Shown here: positions 28,741-38,776 of the stretch, piece by piece
How positions within the stretch are numbered: position 1 is the first letter of the stretch
How the letters are laid out: every line of letters starts with the position of its first letter
IMG/VR virus record: IMGVR_UViG_3300002514_008521
Location: 24,449-88,448 of that record
Length of the DNA: 64,000 nucleotides
Direction: 5' to 3' (one strand)
From: a virus
Lineage: Duplodnaviria > Caudoviricetes
Translations under genes and position numbers: made by a program
Notes under the pieces: model-generated
The model's database searches: none
Told to the model about the DNA's origin: nothing
What the model saw: the letters and a program-made list of their open reading frames with translations, nothing else

Positions 28741-29570
28741 TATAAAGCAACCCAATTAATATGAATCTCAGTATCATTATTAATTTCAACACCGGTGTTA
28801 TTCATAACAGTCAAATAAAACCGCCGGCCCTCAGTTATACCATGTGCTGATATAAATATTCCTCGTGACTTACATGTTGCAATGATTACGTCTTCTTCAC
28901 GAACCTGTGAACTGCTTATTGTTGCCATGAATATTTGTGAACCTGGTGTTGCCGACGTTGTACCGTCTGTTGTAAGGTGTAGCGAACCCTTTCTGGTATT
29001 TTGTACAACGGTAGTCCCTGAAGCCATATCATGCTCCACTAGGCTCTTATCAATATAGACACTCCCGGAAGTTACAACATCTCCTCCAAATACGGCAACA
29101 CCGGTATTTTGTTTTCCATTAATGGTTCCGGAAACGTGAAAAAAGGTGTCCGGACCTGGATTCAATTGTCCACTAGAATCCGAAGTTTGAAACTGTACAT
29201 AATTGTGGTTACCAGCAACATATATAATTCCTGCAGAGTCCTTTGTATTAACTGTAAAATCTTGTAATGATCCGTCAGTCGACTCAGTTGGTGCCGCTCC
29301 GACCTCCACACCACCGCTGACAACCATATCTCCACCAAACACCGCGGTACCTTTGTTTTCGGAACCTTTAGAACCCATGGTACCTGATACCCAGAAAGCT
29401 ACATCTGTCCCGTCCGCTGGATCAAGGGACGCCGGTGACCCCCCTGATAAGATTAAAACCTGTTCATTATTTAGTTGTGCTATTCCTTTAAACAGTACTC
29501 GGTTTTGATTGTGACCGTTAATAATAGTGTCAACATCATGATTGTGATAGATGTACTCGTTAAGACCTAT
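28740..29570 (-). CDS. Virion fibre-like protein (true start upstream of first ATG at 29378, possibly ATA at 29570)
   Basis: Frame open from about 29594 to 28740; upstream part encodes GLNEYIYHNHDVDT and VLILSGG...DVAFWVSGT, which match modules in neighbouring fibre genes. Confidence 0.65.
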   Translation of the reverse strand: MGLNEYIYHNHDVDTIINGHNQNRVLFKGIAQLNNEQVLILSGGSPASLDPADGTDVAFWVSGTMGSKGSENKGTAVFGGDMVVSGGVEVGAAPTESTDGSLQDFTVNTKDSAGIIYVAGNHNYVQFQTSDSSGQLNPGPDTFFHVSGTINGKQNTGVAVFGGDVVTSGSVYIDKSLVEHDMASGTTVVQNTRKGSLHLTTDGTTSATPGSQIFMATISSSQVREEDVIIATCKSRGIFISAHGITEGRRFYLTVMNNTGVEINNDTEIHINWVAL

Positions 29571-29571
29571 A

Positions 29572-31746
29572 TTACGCAGAATGATAAGTGCAGCTTATCA
29601 ATTTGCTGTTTGAGTCCTCATTCTCCCAAGTAACCGCTTCTGTAGCTTTTGCTACTGTATAATTATAAAGTTGGGCGCTGCTTTGTTTTTTACCGTGCCC
29701 TCGTGTTCCTGAAGAACAAATATAATCACCGATTTCAATATCACCACCTTCGTTACAAACCAAGATGTGACCATCACCGATGGCAAAGATTTGGTGGCTG
29801 TTGCCAGATGGATCGTCTGGTGGTGGGGCATACCCGGAATACACACCAAATGCAGACTTGTCTTCGGCAGAAGTTGTTGGTCCCACAACATAAGCAACTT
29901 TCTTCGGCAGCGGAGAAGAAGTTGAAATAATCTTCACAATTGTTCCGTAATTATAAGAATCGTTACCTGCGGTGTAATCAGAAGACTGCACGGCGGCGTC
30001 GTGGACACCCGTGAACGCCCCATAAGTAACCGTGCCTCCTGAGAAAGTAATATATCCTTGATTAGACCCATCTCCATCTGCGATAACAACAGCATAATTT
30101 GTTCCGCTGTTGTCGTCGGTGCCGCATTGAATTTTAACTCCATAACGGGTGGTGGCGTTTCCGTCGTTGTGAAACAAACAAGCATAATCAGCATATTTAT
30201 TTCCACGCACCGCCAAAGCTTGTGTTGACAAGCCGGTCACCGCTCCATATGTAGCAGCGTGAACAGTCAAACCATAAGCATCTAGAGTCATTTGGTTCAT
30301 TTGGCTACCCGCTTGGTTTGTTGCCCACTCTAACTGAGAAGACTCTGCTCCATCAGTAGGGTTTATCCAAGCACACCCCATGCCGCCTGCCGAAATTTCT
30401 TCGCTATTAGTGTTTTCTAAGCCGAATCCAATAAAAGTTCCAAAACCCGCTGCTGGTGTTCCTGTCGAAAGGTGTGTAAATCGAGCACATTCTCTGGTTG
30501 CTACAGTTGTGTCGCCAGAACTTAGATATGCTCGTGTTGCTCCCGCAACATCTAAAAGGTATGTCGCAGAAGGTTCTGCTCCAATTCCGACACTACCGCC
30601 ATCTTTTATTATTAATCTAGATGCGGGAGAGTTCGCGTTGTCTGTTACAAAATGGAAGTCGCCGCTATTAGAGGTTCCATCATATACATACGCTATTCTT
30701 CCATCTGCGGTGGCGACTCTGAAATCTAAGTTTGCGTAAGCATTTGTTGTAGTGGAGGTGTTTTCAATAAGCAAGCCATCGCCCGAGGCACCGCCCGAGA
30801 AGCCATGTCCTGTTGTGATTGCTGTATTGTCATTGGCAAATTCTATTGTTAGTGTTTTGGTCGGTGTAGTTTGACCAATACCAACTTTGCCATTCGAGTC
30901 TACCGTGACCCTTTCGGTACCGGCTGTCGAGATTCTAACATCGTTGTCTTGGAAACGAATGTATGTATCAGCATCTCCATTGTGATAGATGTATTGATTG
31001 ACTGTAAGGTCGCCTTCGATCAAAGCGTCGCCTTCAACCGCAAATTTGTGAGAACCCGGTGCATAATTGGAACCAACAGAAAAATAGCCGTTTGTATCTA
31101 GCTGCGCTCTAATGGCTGAAGCATATCTAAAAGTCATGTTTGTGCCTGCCGACGTATTAATATCGGTTTGCCCGTTGCTTCGATGGGCAACGCAGTATTC
31201 CGTGGTGGTGGCTCTATCTTGGTGGGCAAAGGCGGCAAAGTCAGAACTTCCAACATAACCAACATGCGCACGACCGATTTGAGCAGATCCGTCTTGATCA
31301 TCCAACATGAGTAGTGCCGGTTCGTCGCCGCCGGTAATCTTCAATGTGCCGCTTACTTCGAGAGTTGCGCTTGGCGAGTCGGTGCCAATTCCAACGCGTC
31401 CGTTAGTATCATCATAGACTAGACTAGAAGCACCCCCAACCGAACCGCCATTATTATATTGGACTTGGCTATCCGATCCTGCAGGTGATGAACTACCACC
31501 CCCTAGAAGACTAGTAACAGTTCCTCCAGAATCTAAAAAATAAGGTACTGTGGTACCAGATCCATTGTCCTTTATAAACAATTTTCCTTGATTAGAACTC
31601 GGGTTACCCGGGTTACCGGTCATTTCTCTTAGCTGAATCCAGCCGTCTTCCGTGCCTTCTCCATCATAAGTTAGATCTAAAGACCCAGTAATTCCAATAA
31701 TGCTACTTTTTCCGTACGATCCGGATAAATCACCTGTTAGTGCCAT
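29572..31746 (-). CDS. Tail-fibre/spike-like virion protein with putative C-terminal chaperone-like domain
   Basis: G/S/T-rich; repeated (R/K)VGIG motifs; C-terminal GDGHILVCNEGGDIEIGDYICSS...NYTVAKAT. Confidence 0.75.
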   Translation of the reverse strand: MALTGDLSGSYGKSSIIGITGSLDLTYDGEGTEDGWIQLREMTGNPGNPSSNQGKLFIKDNGSGTTVPYFLDSGGTVTSLLGGGSSSPAGSDSQVQYNNGGSVGGASSLVYDDTNGRVGIGTDSPSATLEVSGTLKITGGDEPALLMLDDQDGSAQIGRAHVGYVGSSDFAAFAHQDRATTTEYCVAHRSNGQTDINTSAGTNMTFRYASAIRAQLDTNGYFSVGSNYAPGSHKFAVEGDALIEGDLTVNQYIYHNGDADTYIRFQDNDVRISTAGTERVTVDSNGKVGIGQTTPTKTLTIEFANDNTAITTGHGFSGGASGDGLLIENTSTTTNAYANLDFRVATADGRIAYVYDGTSNSGDFHFVTDNANSPASRLIIKDGGSVGIGAEPSATYLLDVAGATRAYLSSGDTTVATRECARFTHLSTGTPAAGFGTFIGFGLENTNSEEISAGGMGCAWINPTDGAESSQLEWATNQAGSQMNQMTLDAYGLTVHAATYGAVTGLSTQALAVRGNKYADYACLFHNDGNATTRYGVKIQCGTDDNSGTNYAVVIADGDGSNQGYITFSGGTVTYGAFTGVHDAAVQSSDYTAGNDSYNYGTIVKIISTSSPLPKKVAYVVGPTTSAEDKSAFGVYSGYAPPPDDPSGNSHQIFAIGDGHILVCNEGGDIEIGDYICSSGTRGHGKKQSSAQLYNYTVAKATEAVTWENEDSNSKLISCTYHSA

Positions 31747-31794
31747 TATAGATCTCCCCTAAAATATTAATAATTATCACATTAATTGCTTATA

Positions 31795-31827
31795 AACAAA
31801 AAAGGCGGGTGGCCGAAGCCACCCGCC
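31795..31827 (-). terminator. Rho-independent terminator
   Basis: GGCGGGTGGC-TTCG-GCCACCCGCC perfect 10-bp stem with UUCG loop, followed by TTTTTTGTTT on the minus strand. Confidence 0.92.
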
Positions 31828-31857
31828 AGTCCAAGACCAAATTAGTCTAGATAAAGA

Positions 31858-34068
31858 TTACTCCTCATCTATACCAAGATTAAATAATGGTGCGGGACCA
31901 CGCATACCATCATCACGACCTGTTGGGTCGATTTCTTCCATCATCAACCGGAACCATTTACCACTACGGTTATTTCTAATCGTAAGCATGTCAGGTTCCT
32001 CGACAAGGGTATAGTTTCCTCGCTCATTCGCGAGGTGAAGGTCACCCGTGTACACGTTTTTGAACCTCAACGCACTAGACCCTAAGTCATAGGAAATGTC
32101 AGCACTTGGCATAATATCACCTGTAATAGTAATATCTCTAGTGCCAGCATCTAGCAATAAGTTGCCACCATCACTGTGAATCTGTGTGGTCGTTGCCCCA
32201 CCATCAGCTCCAATAACGATTGTTCTAGTACCAGCTGTACCAATATTAATATTTTGGTCGACATCATCATTACCCACGCTAATTGTACCAGCGGATGAGT
32301 TCACTGTGACTGCACCTGCAGCATCCACATCCGTTGTTGAACCATTAAGAGCAACAGGCATGGAACCCATACCCAAAGTAACAGAACCTGATGCCATTAG
32401 TTTTGCGAAGCTCGCATCATAATGACATTCAAATGTACCGTCCATTGCAGTCGTTATCTGTCCAAATGAGATACTGGCAGAAACATGTACCTTATCAGAT
32501 ACTGCATTACCAAATGTTGAACTTCCGGAAACGTAGAAACCGTTTGTTACACCTAAGTGACCACCCGTAAACCAGTTACTTGCAGAAAGAATAGGAATAA
32601 TAGACGCATTCGGTTTAAGAACAACATCACCTTTACCAGTTGTCGGAGCTGCAGTAATACCGTGATTACCCTTAACACTTCCAACTGATGCATCGGAATC
32701 TAGATCAATACGAATTTGACCCAGAGCTAATGTTGCACTACCAAAACTACCGGTAGTAATTTCAACACCTTGTCCAGCAATGATTGTTGGTTTCTGATCC
32801 GGAGTTTGTGTCGGTAATCCAGTACGCAACGTACCAGAAATTGTCACATCACCCTGGAAAAGAGCACGTGCCTCATCCTCAGATCTTACACCATCAGTTG
32901 TAGCAGAACCCGATAGATAGAACTTTACGTCTTGCTTATTGGTCGCTGACTCAAGATTTCCATCGGAACCAAAACCAAATAATAATAACTGCTCGTTATT
33001 ACCATCAGCGTAAATCATTCCACGACGATTTTTACCATACATTTCAAACATGGTAGGACCGCCATCACCAGATTCATAATCATTGACACCCGGATATCCT
33101 ATTGATAGGTTACCTGATATCCATGTATCACCACCGAAAACAGCTGCAGCCTTGTGTCCATTACCCTGTTTAGAGCCAGATACAAAGAACCAACTATCAG
33201 TGCCGGCTGTGTCGGATGCACCGAACACTACATGATCTTCTGAACCATCAACAAACAATGCATGTGTATTATTATCGGTCTCAACGCGGAAGTCACTAGC
33301 CATTCCTGCCTCGTTGAAGATAACATGACCCATTGGCACTTTGATTGCAGTGCCAGTAGCTGAGCCTGGTGATGCCGTAAGTGTACCGGTAAACACGGCG
33401 TCCGAAATATTTCCTGATAGGTAAATATTACCACCGGTCTCGCCTCCAAGCTGGACATTACCGCTGGCGTACAAATCGGCATCGCTGGCGAAGTAGACAT
33501 CCTTGTCAAAGTCAACTGTCGCGTCGAATGTTGTCGTCGCATTGACCGTAAGTTCATCTACGTCATTGTTACCTATGGTTGTACTTCCGGAAACATATAC
33601 ATCATTCAGATAAGAATCAGATGCAACAATAAACTTGTCAGTGTTAGAGTCACCAAATGTAACGTTACCTGAAACATGCATGTCCGCCGTAAACCAGTTA
33701 CTTGCACTAAGAATTGGGATTAGCGAATCATCTATACCAAGAGCAACATCACCTGATGTTCCTCCACCCTCTAGACCGTATGAAGCCCGAACCGCCGTGA
33801 TATCACCTTCTGCAGAAAGGTTAACCGATGTGCCTCCCGGTTCCTTGAACCAAATATCAACAACACCTCCATTATTTCCGGAAACGAATAGAACACCCGT
33901 ATTCCCTCCGGGAACCGCTGGTCCCCCTGAAGTTGTTATCTGATCAAAAATCAGATATCCACCATCTTCACCACTACCACTACGAACATGTAATGAACCG
34001 GTTAGACCGATTGTACCATTTTGTCCTGTGGCATTGGAGGCGGATATATTACTAGTAATAATAGCCAT
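31858..34068 (-). CDS. Virion fibre-like structural protein
   Basis: Repeated VSGS / FGGD modules; C-terminal YDLGSSALRFKNVYTGDLHL...RNNRSGKWF domain typical of myophage structural proteins. Confidence 0.75.
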   Translation of the reverse strand: MAIITSNISASNATGQNGTIGLTGSLHVRSGSGEDGGYLIFDQITTSGGPAVPGGNTGVLFVSGNNGGVVDIWFKEPGGTSVNLSAEGDITAVRASYGLEGGGTSGDVALGIDDSLIPILSASNWFTADMHVSGNVTFGDSNTDKFIVASDSYLNDVYVSGSTTIGNNDVDELTVNATTTFDATVDFDKDVYFASDADLYASGNVQLGGETGGNIYLSGNISDAVFTGTLTASPGSATGTAIKVPMGHVIFNEAGMASDFRVETDNNTHALFVDGSEDHVVFGASDTAGTDSWFFVSGSKQGNGHKAAAVFGGDTWISGNLSIGYPGVNDYESGDGGPTMFEMYGKNRRGMIYADGNNEQLLLFGFGSDGNLESATNKQDVKFYLSGSATTDGVRSEDEARALFQGDVTISGTLRTGLPTQTPDQKPTIIAGQGVEITTGSFGSATLALGQIRIDLDSDASVGSVKGNHGITAAPTTGKGDVVLKPNASIIPILSASNWFTGGHLGVTNGFYVSGSSTFGNAVSDKVHVSASISFGQITTAMDGTFECHYDASFAKLMASGSVTLGMGSMPVALNGSTTDVDAAGAVTVNSSAGTISVGNDDVDQNINIGTAGTRTIVIGADGGATTTQIHSDGGNLLLDAGTRDITITGDIMPSADISYDLGSSALRFKNVYTGDLHLANERGNYTLVEEPDMLTIRNNRSGKWFRLMMEEIDPTGRDDGMRGPAPLFNLGIDEE

Positions 34069-34234
34069 TAAAACTCTCCTAATTAAACGAATTGAAATTG
34101 TTATAACATGACGACATGGCTGTCGCCACTATTAAATATCATTCTCGGAACTAAAAAAGGCAGTTTAAGCTGTTATTTTTTATAAAAAAAACTGTCTGTA
34201 TTAATAACCATATTTTAGGATTGATTGTAAGAAA

Positions 34235-35776
34235 TTATTCGTCGATTGGCTCTAAAACCATCTTATATTTTTTACCGGTAAGATTATTAATGACCGTTAG
34301 ATAGTCCGCTTCCTCAACAATTGTCCAGTGGCCACGTTCATTTCTCAAATGAAGGTCACCGGTGTATATATTTGCAAATCGATGGGTATCACTTCCTAAA
34401 TTAGAAGTTATATCTAACCCTGGTAGTATTGAACCGCTAATAACAACATCTCCTCCAAACACTGATACACCGGTATTTTCTTTCCCACCGATGGTTCCGG
34501 AGACGTGAAAAAATGTATCCTGGCCCGGGTTTAACTGGCCGGTAGAGTCTGAAGTTTGAAATTGTATGTAGTTGTAATTACCATTAACATAAACAATTCC
34601 TGCAGAGTCTTTTGTGTTAACCGTAAAGTCTTGTGTGGATCCGTCTTCAGATTCCGTCGGAGGTGCACCAACCTGCATGGCGCCACTTACAACCATATCA
34701 CCACCAAACAGTGATGTACCTTTTGTTGTTGTGGATCTAGATCCAACTGTTCCAGAGACAAAGAAATTAACATCAAGTGAATTAGACTCATTATTAGATG
34801 CAGCCGCACCACCTGATAGTACTAGTACACGATCGGCACATGTGTCGACAAACAATGCGTGAGTAAAATTATCAGACTGAACTCTAAAATCATTTTCTGC
34901 CCCACATTCTCCAGAAGAATTAACTACTAGTCCCTCTTGTATTTCTGCGCTTTGTGAAACTATAAGACTTCCAGATATCATTAATGAACCGGTAACTGTT
35001 TCATCAACTTCAATGACCATTTTCTCTGCATAAAATGTGCCACTTACTACTAAGTCGCCTGCAAATACCGAAATATTTCCATTACTGGTCCCTCTATTTC
35101 CTTTAGAGCCTGACACAAAGAAATGTGTATCCAGCCCAGGTGAAGAATTACCTACTACTAATGAACCTGTAACAGATAACCGAGGGGTTATACCTACGTT
35201 CCCGGAAAATTGTGATCCACTTATTGTTGCCGTAATACTATCATTAATTTCTAATGTTACATCTCCGGAATCACCACCTCCCAATAATCCATTCCCGGCA
35301 ATCACGCTAGATATATCACCGGGAAGATTTGATACTAAAACTTTTTTTGTTGAATTATCTGTTGAGTCCTGTATCACCACATAGTCTGATGACTCTGCCT
35401 TGCTTCCCAAGGCTGTTAATTCCGATACATCTAAATCTAGTGTTACATCTCCTGATGTACCTCCACCCGAAAGTCCAGTACCAGCAGTTACAGATGTAAT
35501 GTCACCTGTACTGGCTGATGTTAGTAATGGTGAGCCGTCAAAATGAAGTATACCATTCTTGTTATATAACTTATCAGTTACATCACCCTCAAATTCTCTA
35601 TTTGGAAAAACAATTCCTCGAGATGGATATTTTTCATCTTTGAGGCCGACCTGTAAGTCAGGACAACTTATTATTTTTTTTGCCTGATCATTTTGAGGGT
35701 TTCTGATTGTCAGAAATTGCTCTTTAAGTAATGCCGGCAAATTTTGTAGCTGGGGCTTATCTTTAGAGTTTGACAT
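34235..35776 (-). CDS. Virion fibre-like structural protein
   Basis: AGTGLSGGGTSGDVTL repeats, FGGDMVVSG modules, same C-terminal NIYTGDLHL...NNLTGKKY domain. Confidence 0.75.
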   Translation of the reverse strand: MSNSKDKPQLQNLPALLKEQFLTIRNPQNDQAKKIISCPDLQVGLKDEKYPSRGIVFPNREFEGDVTDKLYNKNGILHFDGSPLLTSASTGDITSVTAGTGLSGGGTSGDVTLDLDVSELTALGSKAESSDYVVIQDSTDNSTKKVLVSNLPGDISSVIAGNGLLGGGDSGDVTLEINDSITATISGSQFSGNVGITPRLSVTGSLVVGNSSPGLDTHFFVSGSKGNRGTSNGNISVFAGDLVVSGTFYAEKMVIEVDETVTGSLMISGSLIVSQSAEIQEGLVVNSSGECGAENDFRVQSDNFTHALFVDTCADRVLVLSGGAAASNNESNSLDVNFFVSGTVGSRSTTTKGTSLFGGDMVVSGAMQVGAPPTESEDGSTQDFTVNTKDSAGIVYVNGNYNYIQFQTSDSTGQLNPGQDTFFHVSGTIGGKENTGVSVFGGDVVISGSILPGLDITSNLGSDTHRFANIYTGDLHLRNERGHWTIVEEADYLTVINNLTGKKYKMVLEPIDE

Positions 35777-35865
35777 TTAATAAGAATCCTCAATTGACTG
35801 AGTACCGATATAATTACACGGCCATCTTAAAATAAGTAGTAGCTACGTTAGTTAAATAGAGGAAA

Positions 35866-37167
35866 CTATAAGATTTTGCTGGCCAGCGTAGCTATTTCCG
35901 ATCTTTGACCCTTTGCTAAATTAACATGTCCAGAAATTTCTGATTCTTTAAATTTTTCCAATACAATCGAAAGTCCATTCGATCGGGTGTCAATATAGGG
36001 AGTATCTACCTGGTCCGTGTCACCCAACAATATTATTTTTGAGCCTTTACCGGTGCGTGTTATTATTGTCTTTAACTCATGGATAGTTGTATTTTGAGCT
36101 TCATCAACAATTATATAAGAGTCGTTGAACGTCCTTCCACGAATGTAAGATAGGGGAGCAATTTCAATTTGTCCTTTGTCACGTAGACAATCAAAATATG
36201 TCATATCATTAAATGCATGCTTAACATTATCCATAATTGGTGCTATCCAGGGATCCATTTTCTCGTCAATGTCCCCAGGTAGATAGCCTAGATCACGACC
36301 AACAGGCTGGATGGATCTAGTAATGATTATTCTTTTATATTGATCATTGAATAATCCGGATAGGCCACACATAATTGTCAAAAATGTCTTTCCTGATCCT
36401 GCCAAACCTGTTATTGTAACTAATTGAATTTTTTCATCCGCCAATAAATGCATTGCGAAACTTTGTTCTTTATTTTTTGCATCAATTCCGACAGATTCAT
36501 TTAAAGATGTTGAAGGTATTCTTTTAACCTGTCCCTCTCTAAAAACTCCCAATGCCGATTTATTATTAATTTCACTTAATGCGACAACAAATTCATTGGG
36601 ATACAATTCACTGTCTTCGTCAACATCCATTGTCCCATTTTTATAAAATTTATCAATATCATCGTCTGAAACATAAAGTGTTGTTTGTCCCGTGAACTGT
36701 TTATCACTAACAACATTAATATGGTCCTTGTAATAATCTTCAGCCTCTATTTCAAGCGCATCACATTTGACGCGCAGGTTTATGTCTTTTGTTATTACTT
36801 TTACTAGGGCTTCTTTATTTTCTTTTTTAAGTAAAAGTGCACATCCAATAATTTTGTTATCACCACATGTCGCATCAAGATCATCGGGTATAAGTCCCAA
36901 ACTGTTCCTAGCTTCTACTCTTATCACCTGATCATTATTTTCTAGCTTGATACCTAAGTCTAGTCTTCCTTCGTTACGCAAACCATCCAAAAAACGATTG
37001 ACATAACGCGCTGACTCCCCCAGCAGTCCGGGTTTTTCCTTAAATCTATCAAGTTCATCTAAAACGACCAAAGGTATTACAACATCATTACCATAAAATG
37101 AATGAATGGCTTGCATATCGTAAAGTAAGACGCTGGTATCAAGTACCAGGGTTTTTCTATTACTCAT
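35866..37167 (-). CDS. phoH: PIN-domain PhoH-family ATPase (PhoH2/YlaK type)
   Basis: VLDTSVLL PIN start, TKDINLRVK, GLAGSGKT, RGRTF, VDEAQN, LLGDTDQVD. Confidence 0.95.
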   Translation of the reverse strand: MSNRKTLVLDTSVLLYDMQAIHSFYGNDVVIPLVVLDELDRFKEKPGLLGESARYVNRFLDGLRNEGRLDLGIKLENNDQVIRVEARNSLGLIPDDLDATCGDNKIIGCALLLKKENKEALVKVITKDINLRVKCDALEIEAEDYYKDHINVVSDKQFTGQTTLYVSDDDIDKFYKNGTMDVDEDSELYPNEFVVALSEINNKSALGVFREGQVKRIPSTSLNESVGIDAKNKEQSFAMHLLADEKIQLVTITGLAGSGKTFLTIMCGLSGLFNDQYKRIIITRSIQPVGRDLGYLPGDIDEKMDPWIAPIMDNVKHAFNDMTYFDCLRDKGQIEIAPLSYIRGRTFNDSYIIVDEAQNTTIHELKTIITRTGKGSKIILLGDTDQVDTPYIDTRSNGLSIVLEKFKESEISGHVNLAKGQRSEIATLASKIL

Positions 37168-37263
37168 TTATTTGACCTCTTGTGTTTCTATACATTCTGT
37201 GCTTAAATTGTATTCTTCTCTTTATAAATATCAGTATCATTGATTTAGGGACAAAAGAAATAT

Positions 37264-37545
37264 ATGGAATCGTCAAAAGAAAAGAAACGACCAATAAAAA
37301 GAACTACTTGTTTTCACGAACATGATAAATTAAATGTTACATGCGAAAAGTCATCATGTAAATATTGGGTTGATTCAAAAGACGATGCATGCCTTAATTG
37401 TGTGTTAATTTCCGCCTCTAGAGGAAAAAAGACACTTCAAGAAATAGGTGATATTTTTGGAATAACCCGCATGAGAATATGCCAGATAGAAAAGACGATC
37501 TTAAAAAAATTAGCAAAGAAACAAAATTTTATTGAGATATCTTAG
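37264..37545 (+). CDS. Stand-alone sigma-70 region-4 HTH protein with Cys/His-rich N-terminus
   Basis: KTLQEIGDIFGITRMRICQIEKTILKKL matches the sigma-4 consensus; CFHEH, CEKSSC, CLNC upstream. Confidence 0.85.
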   Translation: MESSKEKKRPIKRTTCFHEHDKLNVTCEKSSCKYWVDSKDDACLNCVLISASRGKKTLQEIGDIFGITRMRICQIEKTILKKLAKKQNFIEIS

Positions 37546-37559
37546 TCACCTGAATGGTA

Positions 37560-38639
37560 TTACATACCACCAAATAATGTAACGCCGATTAGTCCTGGTA
37601 CATTGTCATTTATATAAACACCTGAAAATAGTGTGTTTGTTCGCCCACCGACATAAGAAAATGCGGTCTCTAAGCGTTTACTAATCTCGGGATCACCTGC
37701 CATTACTGAGGTTACTAGTAATAGTAATACGCCAGTTTCCGGCTTATTTGTAGGTGCAGGACATGGTGAACCCCTTAAGCTGCCCTGGAAGATTGTAGAG
37801 CCTAGGTCAGGGTCACTCGGGTCCTTTACTATAGTACTTCCTAAGAATAGTCGTCCCGGCGTCCGGAGGCACCTCTCCAGGTCTTTCGTGTCAAATGTCT
37901 GTATCGGTGAACTTTGATCTGCTAATTTAAGCACCTGGTGGAATAGTTTTGCAAATGTAGAGTTTGCTGCTGGAAACATATTAAGCAGTCCAACCTTCCC
38001 TCTTAACAATTGCAATTGTTTTTCATTATCAATTACTAGGTAAGGTACGTCATTAAGATCTTTTAGGAGTGATTGATAATTGGTATTGATTGTAGGATTT
38101 AAAAGTTCCTGTCCCGTTGGTTTACTAACCATATAGACAACCTTGCCTGATGCCTCTGTAGAACTAAGGTACCTTTCCAAAGCGCCATGTAATTCTTTAC
38201 ACGCGCTACCGGTACCCCCGCCACCACCGGCAAGAACAAAAAGCCAATCCACTTGGCCCATCTTGGTTCGAACTGCGTCTTCAACTAATGCGCTATTATC
38301 ACCAAGGATTTTCTTTCCAAGATCAACATCTTTTCCAACGCCGTCTGCGCCAGGAAGTAATACAAAGTGTGATGCATCGAGGCCGGTAGGTTGATCTTTT
38401 GGTGTGGTATTAACCACCAGTGTTTTATTAAACCCTAGATCTAGGAATGCCTTTGCTAGCTTTCCACCACCACCACCAACGCCAATAAAGCCGCACTTTA
38501 TAGCACTAGCCGCCGTGTTCTCTGGAAGTAATCTTTCATCTGCTGCGGGTGCATCATCATCATAATTACCCAAAAATCCAAAATCATCCATAGGTGGATT
38601 AATATAGCTATCGTCTTTTGTTTCGTCAGAGCCGCTCAT
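37560..38639 (-). CDS. Tubulin/FtsZ-superfamily GTPase (TubZ/PhuZ/CetZ-like)
   Basis: IGVGGGGGK, VVNT, GVGKD, AGGGGGTGS signature, IDNE, FDTKD T7-like loop; start reset to ATG 38639 behind AGGAG. Confidence 0.9.
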   Translation of the reverse strand: MSGSDETKDDSYINPPMDDFGFLGNYDDDAPAADERLLPENTAASAIKCGFIGVGGGGGKLAKAFLDLGFNKTLVVNTTPKDQPTGLDASHFVLLPGADGVGKDVDLGKKILGDNSALVEDAVRTKMGQVDWLFVLAGGGGGTGSACKELHGALERYLSSTEASGKVVYMVSKPTGQELLNPTINTNYQSLLKDLNDVPYLVIDNEKQLQLLRGKVGLLNMFPAANSTFAKLFHQVLKLADQSSPIQTFDTKDLERCLRTPGRLFLGSTIVKDPSDPDLGSTIFQGSLRGSPCPAPTNKPETGVLLLLVTSVMAGDPEISKRLETAFSYVGGRTNTLFSGVYINDNVPGLIGVTLFGGM

Positions 38640-38776
38640 GTTGTTCTCCTTATCACATGTTTTTTCCATGCCATCATAAATATTACGCTCAACAGCATAT
38701 TGTTTGGTGTGGTCATGTTTTATCTTTATTGTCTTTAATGAAGAAGGCATATGCTTTCTTATAATACCGGTACTCG

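Noticed and set aside
29652-33557. Alternate-frame minus ORFs (29652-29897, 29934-30206, 33228-33557)
   Set aside because: Nested in fibre genes, no RBS, no recognisable motifs
28740-35776. N-X-S/T sequons in fibre proteins (e.g. NIS, NAT, NGT at the start of 31858-34068) as evidence of N-glycosylation
   Set aside because: Counts look no higher than expected from the high Asn/Ser/Thr content; no oligosaccharyltransferase seen
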